Source: Gekko japonicus (Eukaryota). From it: a stretch of 62,865 nucleotides of DNA. This document shows positions 1-12,271 of the stretch, piece after piece (the first letter of the stretch is position 1; each line of letters starts with the position of its first letter). Made by a program: the position numbers and the translations under genes. The notes beneath the pieces are model-generated. The model had not been told where the DNA came from and searched no databases. It was given only the letters and a program-made list of their open reading frames with translations. The stretch is from contig NW_015170911.1 of assembly GCF_001447785.1 (NCBI RefSeq), forward strand, positions 873,467 to 936,331. The letters are read 5' to 3'.

Positions 1-2721
1 TTTAGAGGGACAGTGAGACCCCTCTGGCTGAATCTTCCTATTTGGAGATGGAATCCCCAATCTTTGGGGGATCCCTGGAAAGTTAGCAACCCAAGGATCT
101 AGCCTTTCCTTGCTTCCTTGGGCTATCCCCTCCCTTTGGTATTGTGCAGAGTGGGGGAGACTAAGTGGTCAGAGCACAACACAGATTATTAGCTCAAATT
201 AAAGAATTTATTTAACTATTTACACAGTTATGGAGCACACACAAACTGTAGGAGTAAGCACACACTATGAACCAACAGGGCATAAATCAACAGGAGTTAA
301 ATGCAATCCTCTTCCCCCACGCACAATACTCTCTACCTCTGGAGGTTGTAGGCTCACCTGTACTTCAACCTCTCTCTCTTACCCAAGAGAGCAGGGAAAC
401 TTCCATTCATTCCCCAGTCCAGCCAACTGAGGAGTGGCTGAATTTCTGCTGCTCCCAGGGATGAAGACTGCCTTGGGACAGTCCCTGTTTTCCCACATTT
501 TTTGGGCTTGGGGCAGCTGGGAATTGTAGGCCAACAGATGAGGTAGCCCCATTCAACCCAGTGAGTGATACCCCTGCAGGCCCCTCTCTGGAACTACAGC
601 TCAATTAAACCTGATGGGAGAACATTTTAAATAAAGAACCACAGCCATCTGCAAGGCTCTCCTGAGGGCTAAAGAATGGTCGACAGGCAAATGGCTGCAG
701 CTGCTCCTCCGTTGATATTCTCCTGACAGCTGAAGAAGGCTGGTCAGGCAAATGGCTGCTCGGCTGCTGAGGTAAACTGTTTGGATTGGAATTTTGGTGG
801 GAGCTGGCCATGAAAATACATTTATATATAAGGACAGGATGTGGAATGTAACACTTATGACCAAAATTACTTATTACAAGAAGAAAATTCTTCAGCTAAC
901 AAAAACTGGATTTGGTTTGCAGAACATGAAAAGACATACGTATCAAATATATATATACATATCAAAAAAAGAAGTGGTAGGTTCAAGAAAACCCACAAGG
1001 CCACAAAATTTCCCAGTTCTCTAAACCTCCTGTACCGAAGGCCATACTAGACATCACAGGGGAGGATTTCCCACAGATTTCTTTTAACTTCAAAGAAGGC
1101 ATGTTAGACTAGTAATCTGATGGGAAAAGACGCTCTGAGGAAAAGGTTATTTTAAATCCTTTTTTCTACCATTGCTTTGTTCTAAATTGACCTTCCCCCA
1201 AAGCATCCGTTTAGCTTCACAAGGAAACAACAACAAAAAGATTGATAAAACATCTTATTAGTCTTTTTTCCTCCTTCAAATCTAATAGAAGACTACTGCT
1301 CACTTTGTCGGTATGGAGTATTAATTCTTAGCTGGCTGACATATGGGATAAAAGTGAATGTGAGAACCCCGCAAGAAAGTTTAGAAGGGGGAAACAGTTT
1401 GGAAGTCCCATACCATCCCAACCCAAAATCTTCTCCTCCAAGATTCCATAAGGCCCCATTTACATGGAGCATTTGCCCATTTAGTAAATTATAAGCTGCT
1501 TACAGCTCCATTGGCAGGAAAAGCAGTGAATAAATATACTGGGCAATCTGTCATCATTCATGTAGGAGCCCGTCAGTTTATGATACACTGAAAAGCTGTG
1601 ATTTGTGAGGAGCAAGGACAATTTGGAAATCCCACCCAGCCAGCCAAAATATCTGCCTTTTACAGCCTTGAGAAGTCTAATTTCCCCTCTCTTTTTCAAC
1701 TGATGCTGAGTTACTCTCAGCATTGTATCTTCTGGAGCATATTTAATTCTCAATAGATCATTTTAAAAAGATTTCTTCTTTTGCCTAAGTGTACAACATC
1801 ATATTTTTTTCTGTGTACCTGGGGAGTTTCTTGATTATGTTGAGACCTTGTCTGTGGATGGCCCTATACCAGCACCCTGAAAAGATATATGAGAGAAATG
1901 TATGAGAAACTGCATTGCCCTTGTGTTAGGGTAGAACACAAACCTAAGTGTATAATCTGAGTTGGATCCCAGGATTTACTTCTACTAATCTCACTTCCTT
2001 CCCTTTCTGTGAGAGCCTTTGGCTGGAGGAAGACTATTTAGCAGAAAGAAAGTTCTTGGATCCAGCCCTTTACTGTTTAGATGAAATCAACTACTTTTTA
2101 ATATTTACTTCAAATATAGTCCACCCTGCTCACTGAAACTCAAAGCACAGGAGTCAATCTGATGAGCAATGTACTGCGACCAGGATTACCAAAAAGTGAA
2201 TGAGCATGATATTAGGCATGATGGTGTGTTGATATAATGAAGAAAAACAGCATTATATCAGTACAAAACAATGAAAAGACAAGATAATACATGCAATGAA
2301 CTGATAAATCCTATCCACAGTCCCTTTCGCTTTATAAATCCCCACCGTGAACCATTCTTTTATAGCCCTATTATATTTATGAAAGAAACTTCCAAATAAC
2401 TCCATTTGACATTACTCGCAGAATGACAGGAGGGTAGCAGCATTCCTGACCTCCCAGGGACATGCCATTCCACAAGGCTGGGCCCACAACAGAGAAAGTG
2501 TGTGTATCGGGAAGCTGTCAACCTTCCCAGTTTGCAAGGTGGCACATGCAGAAAGCCCTGAACAGATTAGCAGAGCTGTCCTAGCAGAAGACAAGAGAGG
2601 CAGCTCTGTCGATATGAGGGGGTCTAAAGCCATGAATTCTGTTCCTAACCGTCTAAACCCCCTGGCTTCGACAGTCTTAGAACGGTGCAAACACTACAAT
2701 CTAAATATACCTAGTTTAGAT

Positions 2722-2780
2722 AACTGGACTCAGCCTTTGTTCTGTTGCTTCAGACCAACACGGCTACCCCCACCTGAACC
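2722..2780 (+). mobile_element. Penelope-like element terminal fragment
   Basis: ctggactc...gcttcagaccaacacggctaccc matches the 3' parts of the fragments at 36611 and 38558. Confidence 0.55.
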
Positions 2781-2859
2781 AATCTGGATAAGGTCCCTTC
2801 ATACAGTGCATTTTCCCTCATACGGGTCTCGCACCCCTTGAAGAGAATCCGGGATTCCT

Positions 2860-4080
2860 AGAGACTCGTTTTCAAGCGCACGCTACCCGGTTGTGCGAGA
2901 ATTTCCACAGCATTTTCTGCCTCCTTTTTAAAAATATTAAAAAGCGGCCCCTACAGGTCGGCAGCCGCCAAACGAATCGCCCTCCCCCCAGGCCAGCAGG
3001 TCTTTCTCCATCCCCGGCAAGTTTTGAAGACAGCTCTCAGCGGAGGGAAGAAGCCACTGAGGCGGCAAATGGAAGAAGAGCCTGTGGAGACGCTCGAGCC
3101 AAGGGACGCCGCCCGGGAGACGGTCTGCGAGCCGTCCCGCCCCCCAGCTCGCAGGAGACGCGACAGAAGAAGCTCGTCTGCAAGGCTGCGAAACGCCTTC
3201 CCAGTTCAGCTTCCCTGCACCGAATTTCGAAGGAATCCCAAATTGGCTTCTCTGAGACCGAGACCCACGTGAGCGGCCGAACGCAGGAACCGGGCAGGGG
3301 CGGTCTGCGAAGGGACCTTGTCTCTTTTGCACTCCGTGAAAGGCGCAAAACTGCTGGGCAGCTCAACGTGTCCCTCCGTTCCCCCTTCTCTCTCTCTCAT
3401 TCGGCGTGCAAGGAGGAGCGGAGGCGGCAGAATACCCCACGCTCCATAGCCCGAGACGGGCATTGCCGCCTCAATTACCTACCTGCTCCTGCTCCTCGGC
3501 CATGCTTGCTCGCCGGGATGATCCAGCAGCGCCGCCGCGCCAACTTGCGCTTCTTCGCCGCAGCCTAGTGCGGATCAGGCGTCGGGCGCGCCAGGGACCC
3601 CCCGCCCTTCTTCCCCGGACTCCATTCCGAGCTGGCCTTCTTCTGCACACCCTGCCAGTGTCAGAACCGGAGGGAGGGAAAAGACGCCTGCAGTTTGCGC
3701 GGCGGCTAGTTCCCGCCAGTTAGGGAGCAGGAGACGGACCCGGCCGGACTCCTGGGCAACTATTTAACCCCGCCGGCGTGCTGGTCATCATCATAAATGA
3801 GGCTCCCAACGCGCGCAATGACTGGAGTTTTTCCCGCCTCCAACTCCCCTGAGGGAGGCGTGAAAGGGGAAGGAGCGCAGCAGGGCGGCGGGAGGCAATC
3901 TCCCCGGCCTCTGCGAGGAGCTGTGCTCGCCCTGAGGCCGCCCTTCGGATGCTTTTCTCGAGCCTACAGTCTTCCTACGTTTCTCATTTCCACGCACTAA
4001 TCTACTTTATTCATTTCGTTTGGACAGCTCGCCGTGCTCCACGTCGGCTTTGTTTGCTCTAAAGAGAGAAGAGTCTGCAC
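2860..4080. promoter_or_regulatory. CpG island / promoter of a minus-strand gene running off the left edge
   Basis: Abrupt GC- and CpG-rich segment in an otherwise CpG-depleted background; TATA-like GGTTAAATAG on the minus strand at ~3760-3769; splice donor ~280 bp downstream on the minus strand. Confidence 0.85.
3483..3735 (-). other. Putative first exon, probably PDLIM5 exon 1 (identity from synteny only)
   Basis: Minus-strand donor CAG|GTAGGT at 3483/3482 (alternative TAG|GTAATT 4 nt further on) downstream of a TATA-like box in the CpG island. The vertebrate order SMARCAD1-HPGDS-PDLIM5, with PDLIM5 on the same strand as SMARCAD1, fits. No PDLIM5 coding exon is visible in the window. TSS approximate. 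Confidence 0.5.
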
Positions 4081-4992
4081 ACTTTGGGATAAACGGGGGA
4101 GGGAATCTGAATACCCCCCTGCACGTGTGAGCCTGCCCCTGGTACTTCTTCTTTGGGAACCAGGGCGTCTTTTATATTTATTTCTCTTTTTTGGATTTTG
4201 TGGAGATCAGGCAGAAGGTGGCAGTTTGGCTTCAGAACTTCCCTATTGGACTTGATGGATGCCAAGGCACTTACTCACCTGCTGCTCCATAGGTTCTTGT
4301 GTTTCATTTGGTTGTTTTTAGCTGTGTGGCCTCTCTTTTTAACCAGTACCCCGTTCTTCTCCCGGTTCAAAGTGGGAAGCTGACTGAGTTTAAACCTAAT
4401 ATTATACATTCCTAGCACTACCATTCTTGAGATACTTTTCACCAACATACGCACAAAAACTCCCAGAGCCCCATCCTAACTGGGAAAATCAGTAGGGCTT
4501 AGTCCCAGGTAAGAGCATGTAGGATAACAGACTATACATGCCTACTTGAGACTAGCTCAGCTGAACTTGATCCATTTTCTAGTGCCTATAATGTAAACAT
4601 AAAAATCTTAGATTAGTTTGAAAATGCACTTGATCTTTTCGTTATCTCTGACTAGCAGCATTCATATGTGCGCACAAATAATGAGAGACTGGGGCACCTA
4701 GTCAATTTATTTTTTGTGTGTGTGCCTTAAATTGCCTTTTTCTTATAACAGATGTATAATGCAAAAGCGAAAACTACATGGCAGGAATGGGTTTTCAGAT
4801 TCTCTTTTGTATTCCACTCTCACTAACAGTGTTCACACATTACACAGACAACAGTGCCAACCTCAGCAGGTTTGTTCGGACTCCTATTCAGCAGGTCTAT
4901 TTCGATGGAGGTTTTTACTTGGAAAGTGTTCTTAGGATTAGTTGTAGTAGTTGTTGTTTATTACAGTCTTTAAACCAGCATACAGTTTAGTT

Positions 4993-5345
4993 GAGCTGTG
5001 GTGGCTCAAGTGGTTAAGATGCTAAACTGCAGGCTGTGGAAGGTCGGTAGTTCAGCAGTTCAAGACCCGAGTGTGCTGCATGACGGAGTGAGCTCCCGTC
5101 TCTAGTTCCAGCTCCTGCCAACCTAGCAGTTTGAAAGCAAGAAATTGCAAGTCGATAAATAGGTACCACTTTGGTGGGAAGGTAACAGCGTTCTGTGCAC
5201 CTTGGTGTTTAGTCATGCCGGCCACATGACCACGGAAATGTCTTCGGACAGCACTGGCTCTTCGGCTTTGAAACGGAGATGAGCACCGCAACCCTAGAGT
5301 CGGATTCGACTGGCTTTCGAGCAAGGGAACCTTTACCTTTACCTT
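4993..5345 (+). mobile_element. Sauria SINE, full length
   Basis: tRNA-like head (GTGGCTCAAGTGG...GTTCAAGACCC), body core AATAGGTACC...GGGAAGGTAAC, (ACCTTT)n tail; five further copies in the window. Confidence 0.9.
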
Positions 5346-5941
5346 AATGCTTTAGTCAAACATGAATTACAATTTTAGGGTTGTACTGCAAGAGAATCAA
5401 ATTTATTTAGGTATATATGAAAATACTTCCAGTTAGTGGCCTCCCCAGCAGCCAGGAACAGGGTGTTACAGATAGGAAACTATAGTTGAAATCTTCAAAT
5501 CCTATCTTCTCAAAACATTCATGCCAGTGGACTCAGTATTGTTATGGCTGCAATCCTAAAAACAATTTCCTGAGGGAAATCCAGGAGTGTATTCCTGTGT
5601 GTGCTAGTAGCTCAGGATATTTTTCATTACTGAGGAATAGCTCTTGTTAAAGGAAAGGCTGGCAACCCCCCATTTATACCTTTACTTGTTTATTTCTGAT
5701 TTGAAAGGCTGATTGATATCAAAACTAATGTTGTTCATAAATATGAAAAAAATTAAAGAATACATCCTAACTCCACCTGAGTGAGATTATTCTTTCTACT
5801 GAATCCCCGCAGATCTTGCATTTAGCTCCTCAGACATAAGTCATTCATCATACCACAACAGAGGAACTCGAAGAAACATAACTCAGAATTTTCTTGTGTT
5901 TTCTTCCTAGCATCATAATTCATAGAGATGGGCTGATATAG

Positions 5942-6078
5942 TTTTTATTTATTTATAATTTCAATTTATAGCCCTTCCTCTCCGCAATGCTGGCTCAGGG
6001 CGGCTCACAAATAGGCATACGCCAACACACAAAAACAGTTAAAACCATAAAAACCATTATTACAAAATTACAACATAT
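5942..6078 (-). mobile_element. L2 LINE 3' tail fragment
   Basis: Reverse complement closely matches the tail of the L2 copy at ~26315-26450. Confidence 0.8.
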
Positions 6079-6409
6079 TAAGTTTATATAATGTTTTGGC
6101 TAATACCCAACACCATGGAAAAGGAAACTGTTTTGCTCCAAAATATTTTTAGAATGGTAGGAACTTTGAAACATCATCAGTTCAACTGTTTAATTAAATT
6201 AACATCAATTAAATTAGCTTAAATTGAGTCAGTGTTAATAAGATCAATGCCCTCCCCCCAGCACCATCACCACCCCGAAAAAGATTCTGGCTACAGTGCC
6301 GTAGCCAGGGCCAGTCCAGCTTAGCTTCTGAGATCTGGCGTGATTGGGCTAGCTGGGCTATCTAGACCAGGGTGCAGAGCACCATACCTCTGCTGTTATT
6401 GGGAGCTAC

Positions 6410-7825
6410 ATAGAGCATGCACATCACCATTGGCTGCCCTTCATTTACTGGACTCAGTTTAAGGCATTGGTTATGACATACACAGCCCTTCATTGCTTTG
6501 GTCCCTCATATCCACGCAACCACTTTCTCACATACTCCACTGTGATAAGCTTTGCTCATCTTATCAGGGCCTTCTGCAAGTACCACCCTGTGTCGCGGAA
6601 TTAGAGCCTGGACAGTCCTCTGATAAACCTATGTTACTTTATTTTCTATATTAATATGCTTCTATAGCTGAATCTGTGGTTCTGTTTCCCAGGAGGCTTC
6701 AGGACTCTGCTAAATGCTGTGGCCTTCTGGTACCGATAGCCCTGTATATCTACCCTATGTTTATACATTATCAAATTCTAAATAGAGTATCTGAACCTAG
6801 CTTCCTGGGACTCTCTTAGTCAGCCTTGACTCTCTGAGTCAACCTAGCTTAACCCAGCTTTCCTTGACTTTCCTGACCCCAGAGATAGAAAGAAAGGACT
6901 GATTCTTGTCGTATGTATCAGGTGAATGTCAAATGCTCCGTCATAGACTTGACGGACAGTTACATTAGCCCCTATGGTTGGAAAAGGGCACTTAATGTCT
7001 GGATTTAGTTTTGTTCCTTGTTCTGGCCAGCCACCCTAAGTTACGGGTCTTGGCAGAGAAACCAAGGATATCCTTTATAGAACTGTAAGTGCACTATTTA
7101 TGTATTGGGGTTGTGTTGAAATATTCTGTAATGAATATTAAAATGCTACAAAAGTGTTTTCTCATTTAAGAATATGTAATAGAGTAAACCAAGTTTTTGT
7201 TTCGAACCTTCCCCCCCCCCCTCTCTCGATGCAATTGGTTCTGGGAAGCCAGCTTCTCTCCCTCCCCAAATGAACACAGTGGGAATGGGAGTGCATGACA
7301 AGGTTCCTGCACCCCTGATTTCCCTAACACCCTGCAAATGGGCAAGTTCATCAACTGTACATACACGTGCATTCTCTTCTTCCCCCGCCTCTTACAGAAT
7401 GGTCTGCCTGATGAGGTCAGGAAAGCATCTACTCTCATGGCTTTCTGCAAACTAAGCAAAACTGAATTATTTAAAATAGGCTTTTTTACACAGGTAATAA
7501 CGGTTCAGAAAGTGCTTGGGTGAAGGGTTAGGGACTGTAGTCTACTGTGTATAATTCGTATTTTCTGTTGACTGCAAGTGGTATCCTACTAGTAAGTTTG
7601 TAAGTAATATCCTACTATGTAATTTTTGTATCGTTTAATGCGTCATGGTAATACCTATGCTTTGTTTCAACTCTGTCAATTGATTTCTGGTTAGTTACAC
7701 ATTTCAGTCTAAATCCTATTGCATTGTTTATTGGGTGTCCCATCCTGGTGATTGCATTGACTGCATTGTGTAATCCGCCTTGAGTCTCAGTAAGAAAGGC
7801 AGACTATTAATAACATTAATTAATT
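6410..7825 (+). mobile_element. Degraded L2 LINE 3' fragment split by a solo LTR
   Basis: Decayed ORF2 C-terminal motifs (HWLP, FKALV.TY.AL, RAFS) on both sides of the LTR; L2-type tail gtaatccgccttgagtctcagtaagaaaggcagact at ~7770-7806. Confidence 0.6.
6591..7329 (+). mobile_element. Solo LTR (Gypsy/ERV type)
   Basis: TG...CA termini (tgtcgcgg...cctaaca), perfect 5-bp TSD CCCTG at 6586-6590 and 7330-7334, AGTAAA poly(A)-like signal at ~7183. Confidence 0.8.
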
Positions 7826-9510
7826 CATCGACTTTAGCTGTAACTGTAGTTATACTTGGATACTATCTGGACTTACTTTCCAGTAAATGTGTTTAGGAAG
7901 TGGGTGGAAATTCCAGACAAATTTCTCTGTTCCTGGATAACTGTGATCTGATCCTTCCTGCTCAGACTGTCAGTAGCCAGCCATTTTTGCAGGACAGGGA
8001 GAGAGAATAAGGCTTCATCTAACCACTCTGACTAAATCATTGCCCAGCAGGAGAGGGAAGGAAGGAGGAAAAAAAAAACCTTTCCATTGTTCTGATTCCT
8101 TCAACTGATTGCCAGCTGGCCTGGAGAAAAATGTCCCATCCCTTTAATAGATACTTAAAGTGTGGAAATGGGCAGTAGAAACTTTTCATGACATGGAGGT
8201 AAATAACATCACCTGATAAATAGTATCCCATTAAGCCTCTATGGGAGGGACAGGACTTTTTTCCTCCAGGTCAGCTGGCAACCCTATTAACCACTTTGAG
8301 TTTTCTCCTGAAAAAAGGAGTATAAATATACTAAATATATATACTAAATATCTTCTTTTTCTATGACATTGGATTTCAAGACAGTCTAATATTTAATTAA
8401 GACTATATCAAGAAAAGACACATGGAATACTCCAGAATTCCATTCAAACATCTTAAAACCAAATTAGTTCAACAGCTCTAACCCTGAGGAATACAATACT
8501 AATTACTTCACAGATATACTTCTTCATTTCTCAGCTGTTTATTCTCAAACTACAACTCATTTCACACTAATTAACAGTCTAAAATACCCATGTACCTTGT
8601 ATAGCACAAGTGACCAGATGTTAAGAAGCAGTTCAGTAAGTGTGCTGTGCCTCTTTTTTCTAGAACAGGAATCTCAGCCATTACGTTTTTTAAACAAATT
8701 GCACTTCAGTGAGTTGCTCACGTCAACAGAGGAAGATCACAACTGTGAAATAACATTTTATATATTAAAGACACTCTACCCTGCTGTGCCCTGTGGATGA
8801 TACTTTTTTGACAGCTTCTCCTAGTCCTGAAGATGTGAATCAGTTGATCAGCTAAAATCACAGGCTACAAAGAGTTGACAAAACAAGGAGTTTCTACAAT
8901 TCACCCAAGAGTCACAGGAACTTGAAAAACAAAAGCGAACAGGCTGGTTGCTTCTGGTCAATCTATCAGCTCTTCTTGGTCATTTGTTACACAGCTATGA
9001 TATATCAAAATCTGAAGATTGGAACTGCTAGAATTCTAGCTTGTTTGTATTCAAATAAACAGGTGCAAGAATGACCACTTAATGCAAACCTGATAGGTAC
9101 CCAATGATTGTCAGGGAGGAACAGAATGTGACATGGAATTCTACCAATTCACTCTTAAGACGGGAGAGAGATGGCTTCCAGGTAGGATCCACTGAATGAA
9201 TGGAAGAAAGACAATGATATTTCTGGAATTCATATTTGTCTTATTGAAAAGTGGTCGCAAAGTGTTGCATGGCATTCCATTAGATATGATACCCACATGT
9301 AGGGCAGGCAGCAATGTCAAAGCAATAATTTATAAAATCCCATTTGGATGCTCAATCTGAAACAAACCCACTCATAAGATCCTGATCTTGGATCAGGTTT
9401 GGTTCCTAATGAGTCCCATTGATCTCAGGGCAACAATATTCCAAGAAACTGTGTCTAATTCTGCTCACTCTGAATCAAATTCTATTTAATCTAAAGCATT
9501 TACTTGAGTT

Positions 9511-10345
9511 TCCTGCCAACCTAGCAGTTTGAAAGCAAGAAATTGCAAGTAGATAAATAGGTACCACTTCAGTGGGAAGGTAACAGCGTTCCGTGCGCCT
9601 TGGAGGGTGTTTAGTCATGCCGGCCACATGACCACGGAAATGTCTTCGGACAGCGCTGGCACTTCGGCTTTGAAACGGAGAAATTAAAGAGATAGACACC
9701 ACAAGCAAGAAGCTGAAGAAAAGGTTGGGAGAGGTGGAAACGAAGCAGAATTGCCAAGAGAATCGAGTCTTGCAGATACAGGTGGGAAAAGCTAACATGA
9801 TTCTCAGGTTTCAGGGGGTACCTGAAACGGATTGGCAAGACTTGAAGAGGGTGCTTGGTGAGATCATCGCTCCAGTAGTAGGTTTAACAGCGGATGAACT
9901 GGTAAACGAAATGGAGTCAGTCTATAGGGCATACCCCAATTAGATTAAAAAAAAATAACCTACCTGGAGAAATAGTGGTCAGGTTTTCAAGAAGACAAAC
10001 CAGAGATGCCATTTTAAAAGCAACTTCAGCAACTCCACTGAAAATGGGAAATGTAACCATCAAAACCATCAAAAGGACATTCCATTTGAAATTAGACAAA
10101 AGACGAAAAATTATAAGGACTTAATTTCTCTTGGGGTTTTAGTCTAGTGTGGTTTGCTTTCCTTTATCCTTAGTTGTAGTCCCTTCCCTAATATTTCTTT
10201 GTAGTTTTTGTAGTATTTATTTGCAAAATAAAAAAATATCCCTCCGGGGATTAAAAAGAAAGAAAGAAAGAAACGGAGATGAGCACCGCAACCCTTGAGT
10301 CGGATTCGACTGGCTTTCGAGCAAGGGAACCTTTACCTTTACTTT
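9511..10345 (+). mobile_element. 5'-truncated Sauria SINE interrupted by an L1-like insert
   Basis: SINE halves 9511-9681 and 10280-10345; 13-bp TSD ATTTACTTGAGTT at 9498-9510 and 10346-10358. Confidence 0.9.
9682..10269 (+). mobile_element. L1/Tx1-type insert: ORF1p fragment joined to a 3'UTR-like tail
   Basis: Translation ...LRFQGVPE...ESVYRA...LPGEIVVRF...RDAIL resembles the L1 ORF1p RRM region (with an internal stop). AATAAA plus A/GAAA-rich tail; 10-bp TSD GAAACGGAGA at 9672-9681 and 10270-10279. Confidence 0.75.
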
Positions 10346-10588
10346 ATTTACTTGAGTTGGGTTGCCAACTGACCTGAAGAAAAATGTCCTGTCTCTTTAA
10401 CAGAGACTTAATGGGATATAATTTCCCCACACCTTTAAAAGCATCAACAAACAGCCCATTTCTGCCTTTGAAGCATCTATCAAAGGGACAGGACTTTTTT
10501 TTTTCAAGTCCAGTTGGAGACCCTGCTTGCAAGTAATTCCAGATTGAAGTCAGTTTACAGCCAAAGGAAGACACCAAGTGTTCTATCT

Positions 10589-10810
10589 TGGTGGTGGAAA
10601 GTGCTGTTGCGTCACAGCTGAATTATGGTGACTTGGTGGGGTTTTCAAGGCAAGAGACATTCAGAGGTGGTTTGCCAGTTGCCTGCCTTCACACTGCGAC
10701 CCTGGTATTCCTTGGAGGTCTCCCATCCAAAAACTAGCCAGGGCTGACCCTGCTTAGCCTCCAAGATCTGACAAGATCAGGCTAGCCTGGGCTATCCATG
10801 TTGAGGGTGC
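10589..10810 (-). mobile_element. 5S rRNA-derived SINE (tail type A)
   Basis: Reverse complement contains the 5S core GATCT.GGAGGCTAAGCAGGGTCAGCCCTGGCTAGT...GGATGGGAGACC followed by a non-5S tail. Confidence 0.85.
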
Positions 10811-11540
10811 CATCTTAAGCAGAATTTAACATTTCTAGGGCATTGGAGTTAATAGAGTAGAACCGTGCTTAGGATAGCTCTACAAGTCTGCAATCCTAAG
10901 GATACTTGTGATACAATCCTATACACAATTAGGATTAATACTCTTGTTACGACTCTACTGAGTAGATCAGACTGTACCATTTTTTGGTATTTTAGCTTCC
11001 TGGAGGATTCTACTGATAAAACTGCTCATCTGCCAATGTTCTTAGACTGGTTTCCAGCCAATAAATGATTAGGATAATGATCAGATTTATATGCAATTTA
11101 TCTTGAAGAAAGTAGACATTTATCTCAGTTAATTGATGGCTATTTCAGGGCATGCAAACAACTGTTGCTTTCAAGCTTCCATTGGAAATTCCACTAGAAA
11201 GATGCATATGAAAAAGTTAAACATATTGTTAATATTCATTTGATGTGCTTTGTGTTTACTGTGGAGAAAAATGTTGTTTTGCTTAAAACAATAATACTGC
11301 AATGCATAGTTCAAAACCATATGCATTACCATAGTTTTTGTCATCTATACTTGTTCAGATGTCCTTGGATCTTGTGCAAAGGCTTGAATACAACCTTTAC
11401 TTTGCATAGCCTGTTGACAATTCTGATGCGGTAGTAGACGTAAACTGACCTGTTAGCTGATTGTTTTTTGGTCATGTTTACAGAAAGCTTTTATGAGGGA
11501 AAAAGGATACACTTTTTGAGTGGGAAGATATTTTCTACAG

Positions 11541-11750
11541 GTAATGGACAGTCCAGATTATCCTAATCTTGTCAGCTCTCGGAAGCTAAGCAGGGTTGGC
11601 CCTGGTTAGTATTTGGATAGGAGTCCACCAAGGAATACTAGGGTCTCTTTGCAACCCAGTCAATGGCAAACCACCTCTGAACGACTTTTCCATTAAAGCC
11701 CCCATAGAGTAGCCATAAATCAGCCGTGATTTGACAGCACTTTCCACCAT
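11541..11750 (+). mobile_element. 5S rRNA-derived SINE (tail type A)
   Basis: CTCGGAAGCTAAGCAGGGTTGGCCCTGGTTAGTATTTGGAT (5S boxes A/C) plus tail AATGGCAAACCACCTCTG...TTGACAGCACTTTCCACC. Confidence 0.85.
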
Positions 11751-12164
11751 AATGGAAGCTGTATAACATGGTGGATATTTTCCCAGTATTTATTTTTGAC
11801 ATTTTATTTCCTGGCCAAAAAAAAGAGTCAGACCATTAAACTAGAAATCTTGGGGAAAGAAACGAGCCCCAAATGATTCCCAAAAATATTAGCTAGACCT
11901 ATCAAAAACGTGGGCAGAGAGGTTTCAGGAGAGAAAAAACACAATCATATTGGTATCGGCATATCTCTCTGGTTTTGCCCAAATGTCCTGTAAAGTTTAC
12001 TATCAAGTTATTTTTAGTTAGAGAAGTTGGTCCTACTCATTTTATAAAAGAATAATTGACTCTATATTTATTACTATAGTCACTGTACTGAAAGTATGGA
12101 TGTTTAGCTATGTGTATTCTGATTACAGTATTGCTGCTTAATGCCTTCCATTGAGACAGATCAA

Positions 12165-12270
12165 GATGGGCAGCCATGTTAGTCTATCTGTAGCAGCAGA
12201 AAAGAGCAAGAGTCCAGCAGCACCGTAAAGACTTTAATGTGCTACTGGACTCTTGCTCTTTTCTACTGCT
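12165..12270. repeat. Penelope-derived inverted repeat (hairpin)
   Basis: Arms 12192-12223 and 12239-12270 are near-perfect reverse complements; the sequence is related to the PLE termini elsewhere in the window. Confidence 0.7.
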
Positions 12271-12271
12271 T

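Noticed and set aside
144-1058. Possible solo LTR (TG...CA ends, minus-strand AATAAA at ~207-212)
   Set aside because: No matching TSD found and boundaries ambiguous.
2891-3723. 225-aa and overlapping ORFs in the CpG island
   Set aside because: Low-complexity R/P/A/S-rich translations in several frames, as expected from GC-rich DNA with few stops; no recognisable domain.
11541-11650. 5S rRNA gene (also at the other 5S-like loci)
   Set aside because: Lacks the true 5S 5' end and terminator, is diverged, and is fused to a repeated non-5S tail; these are SINEs.
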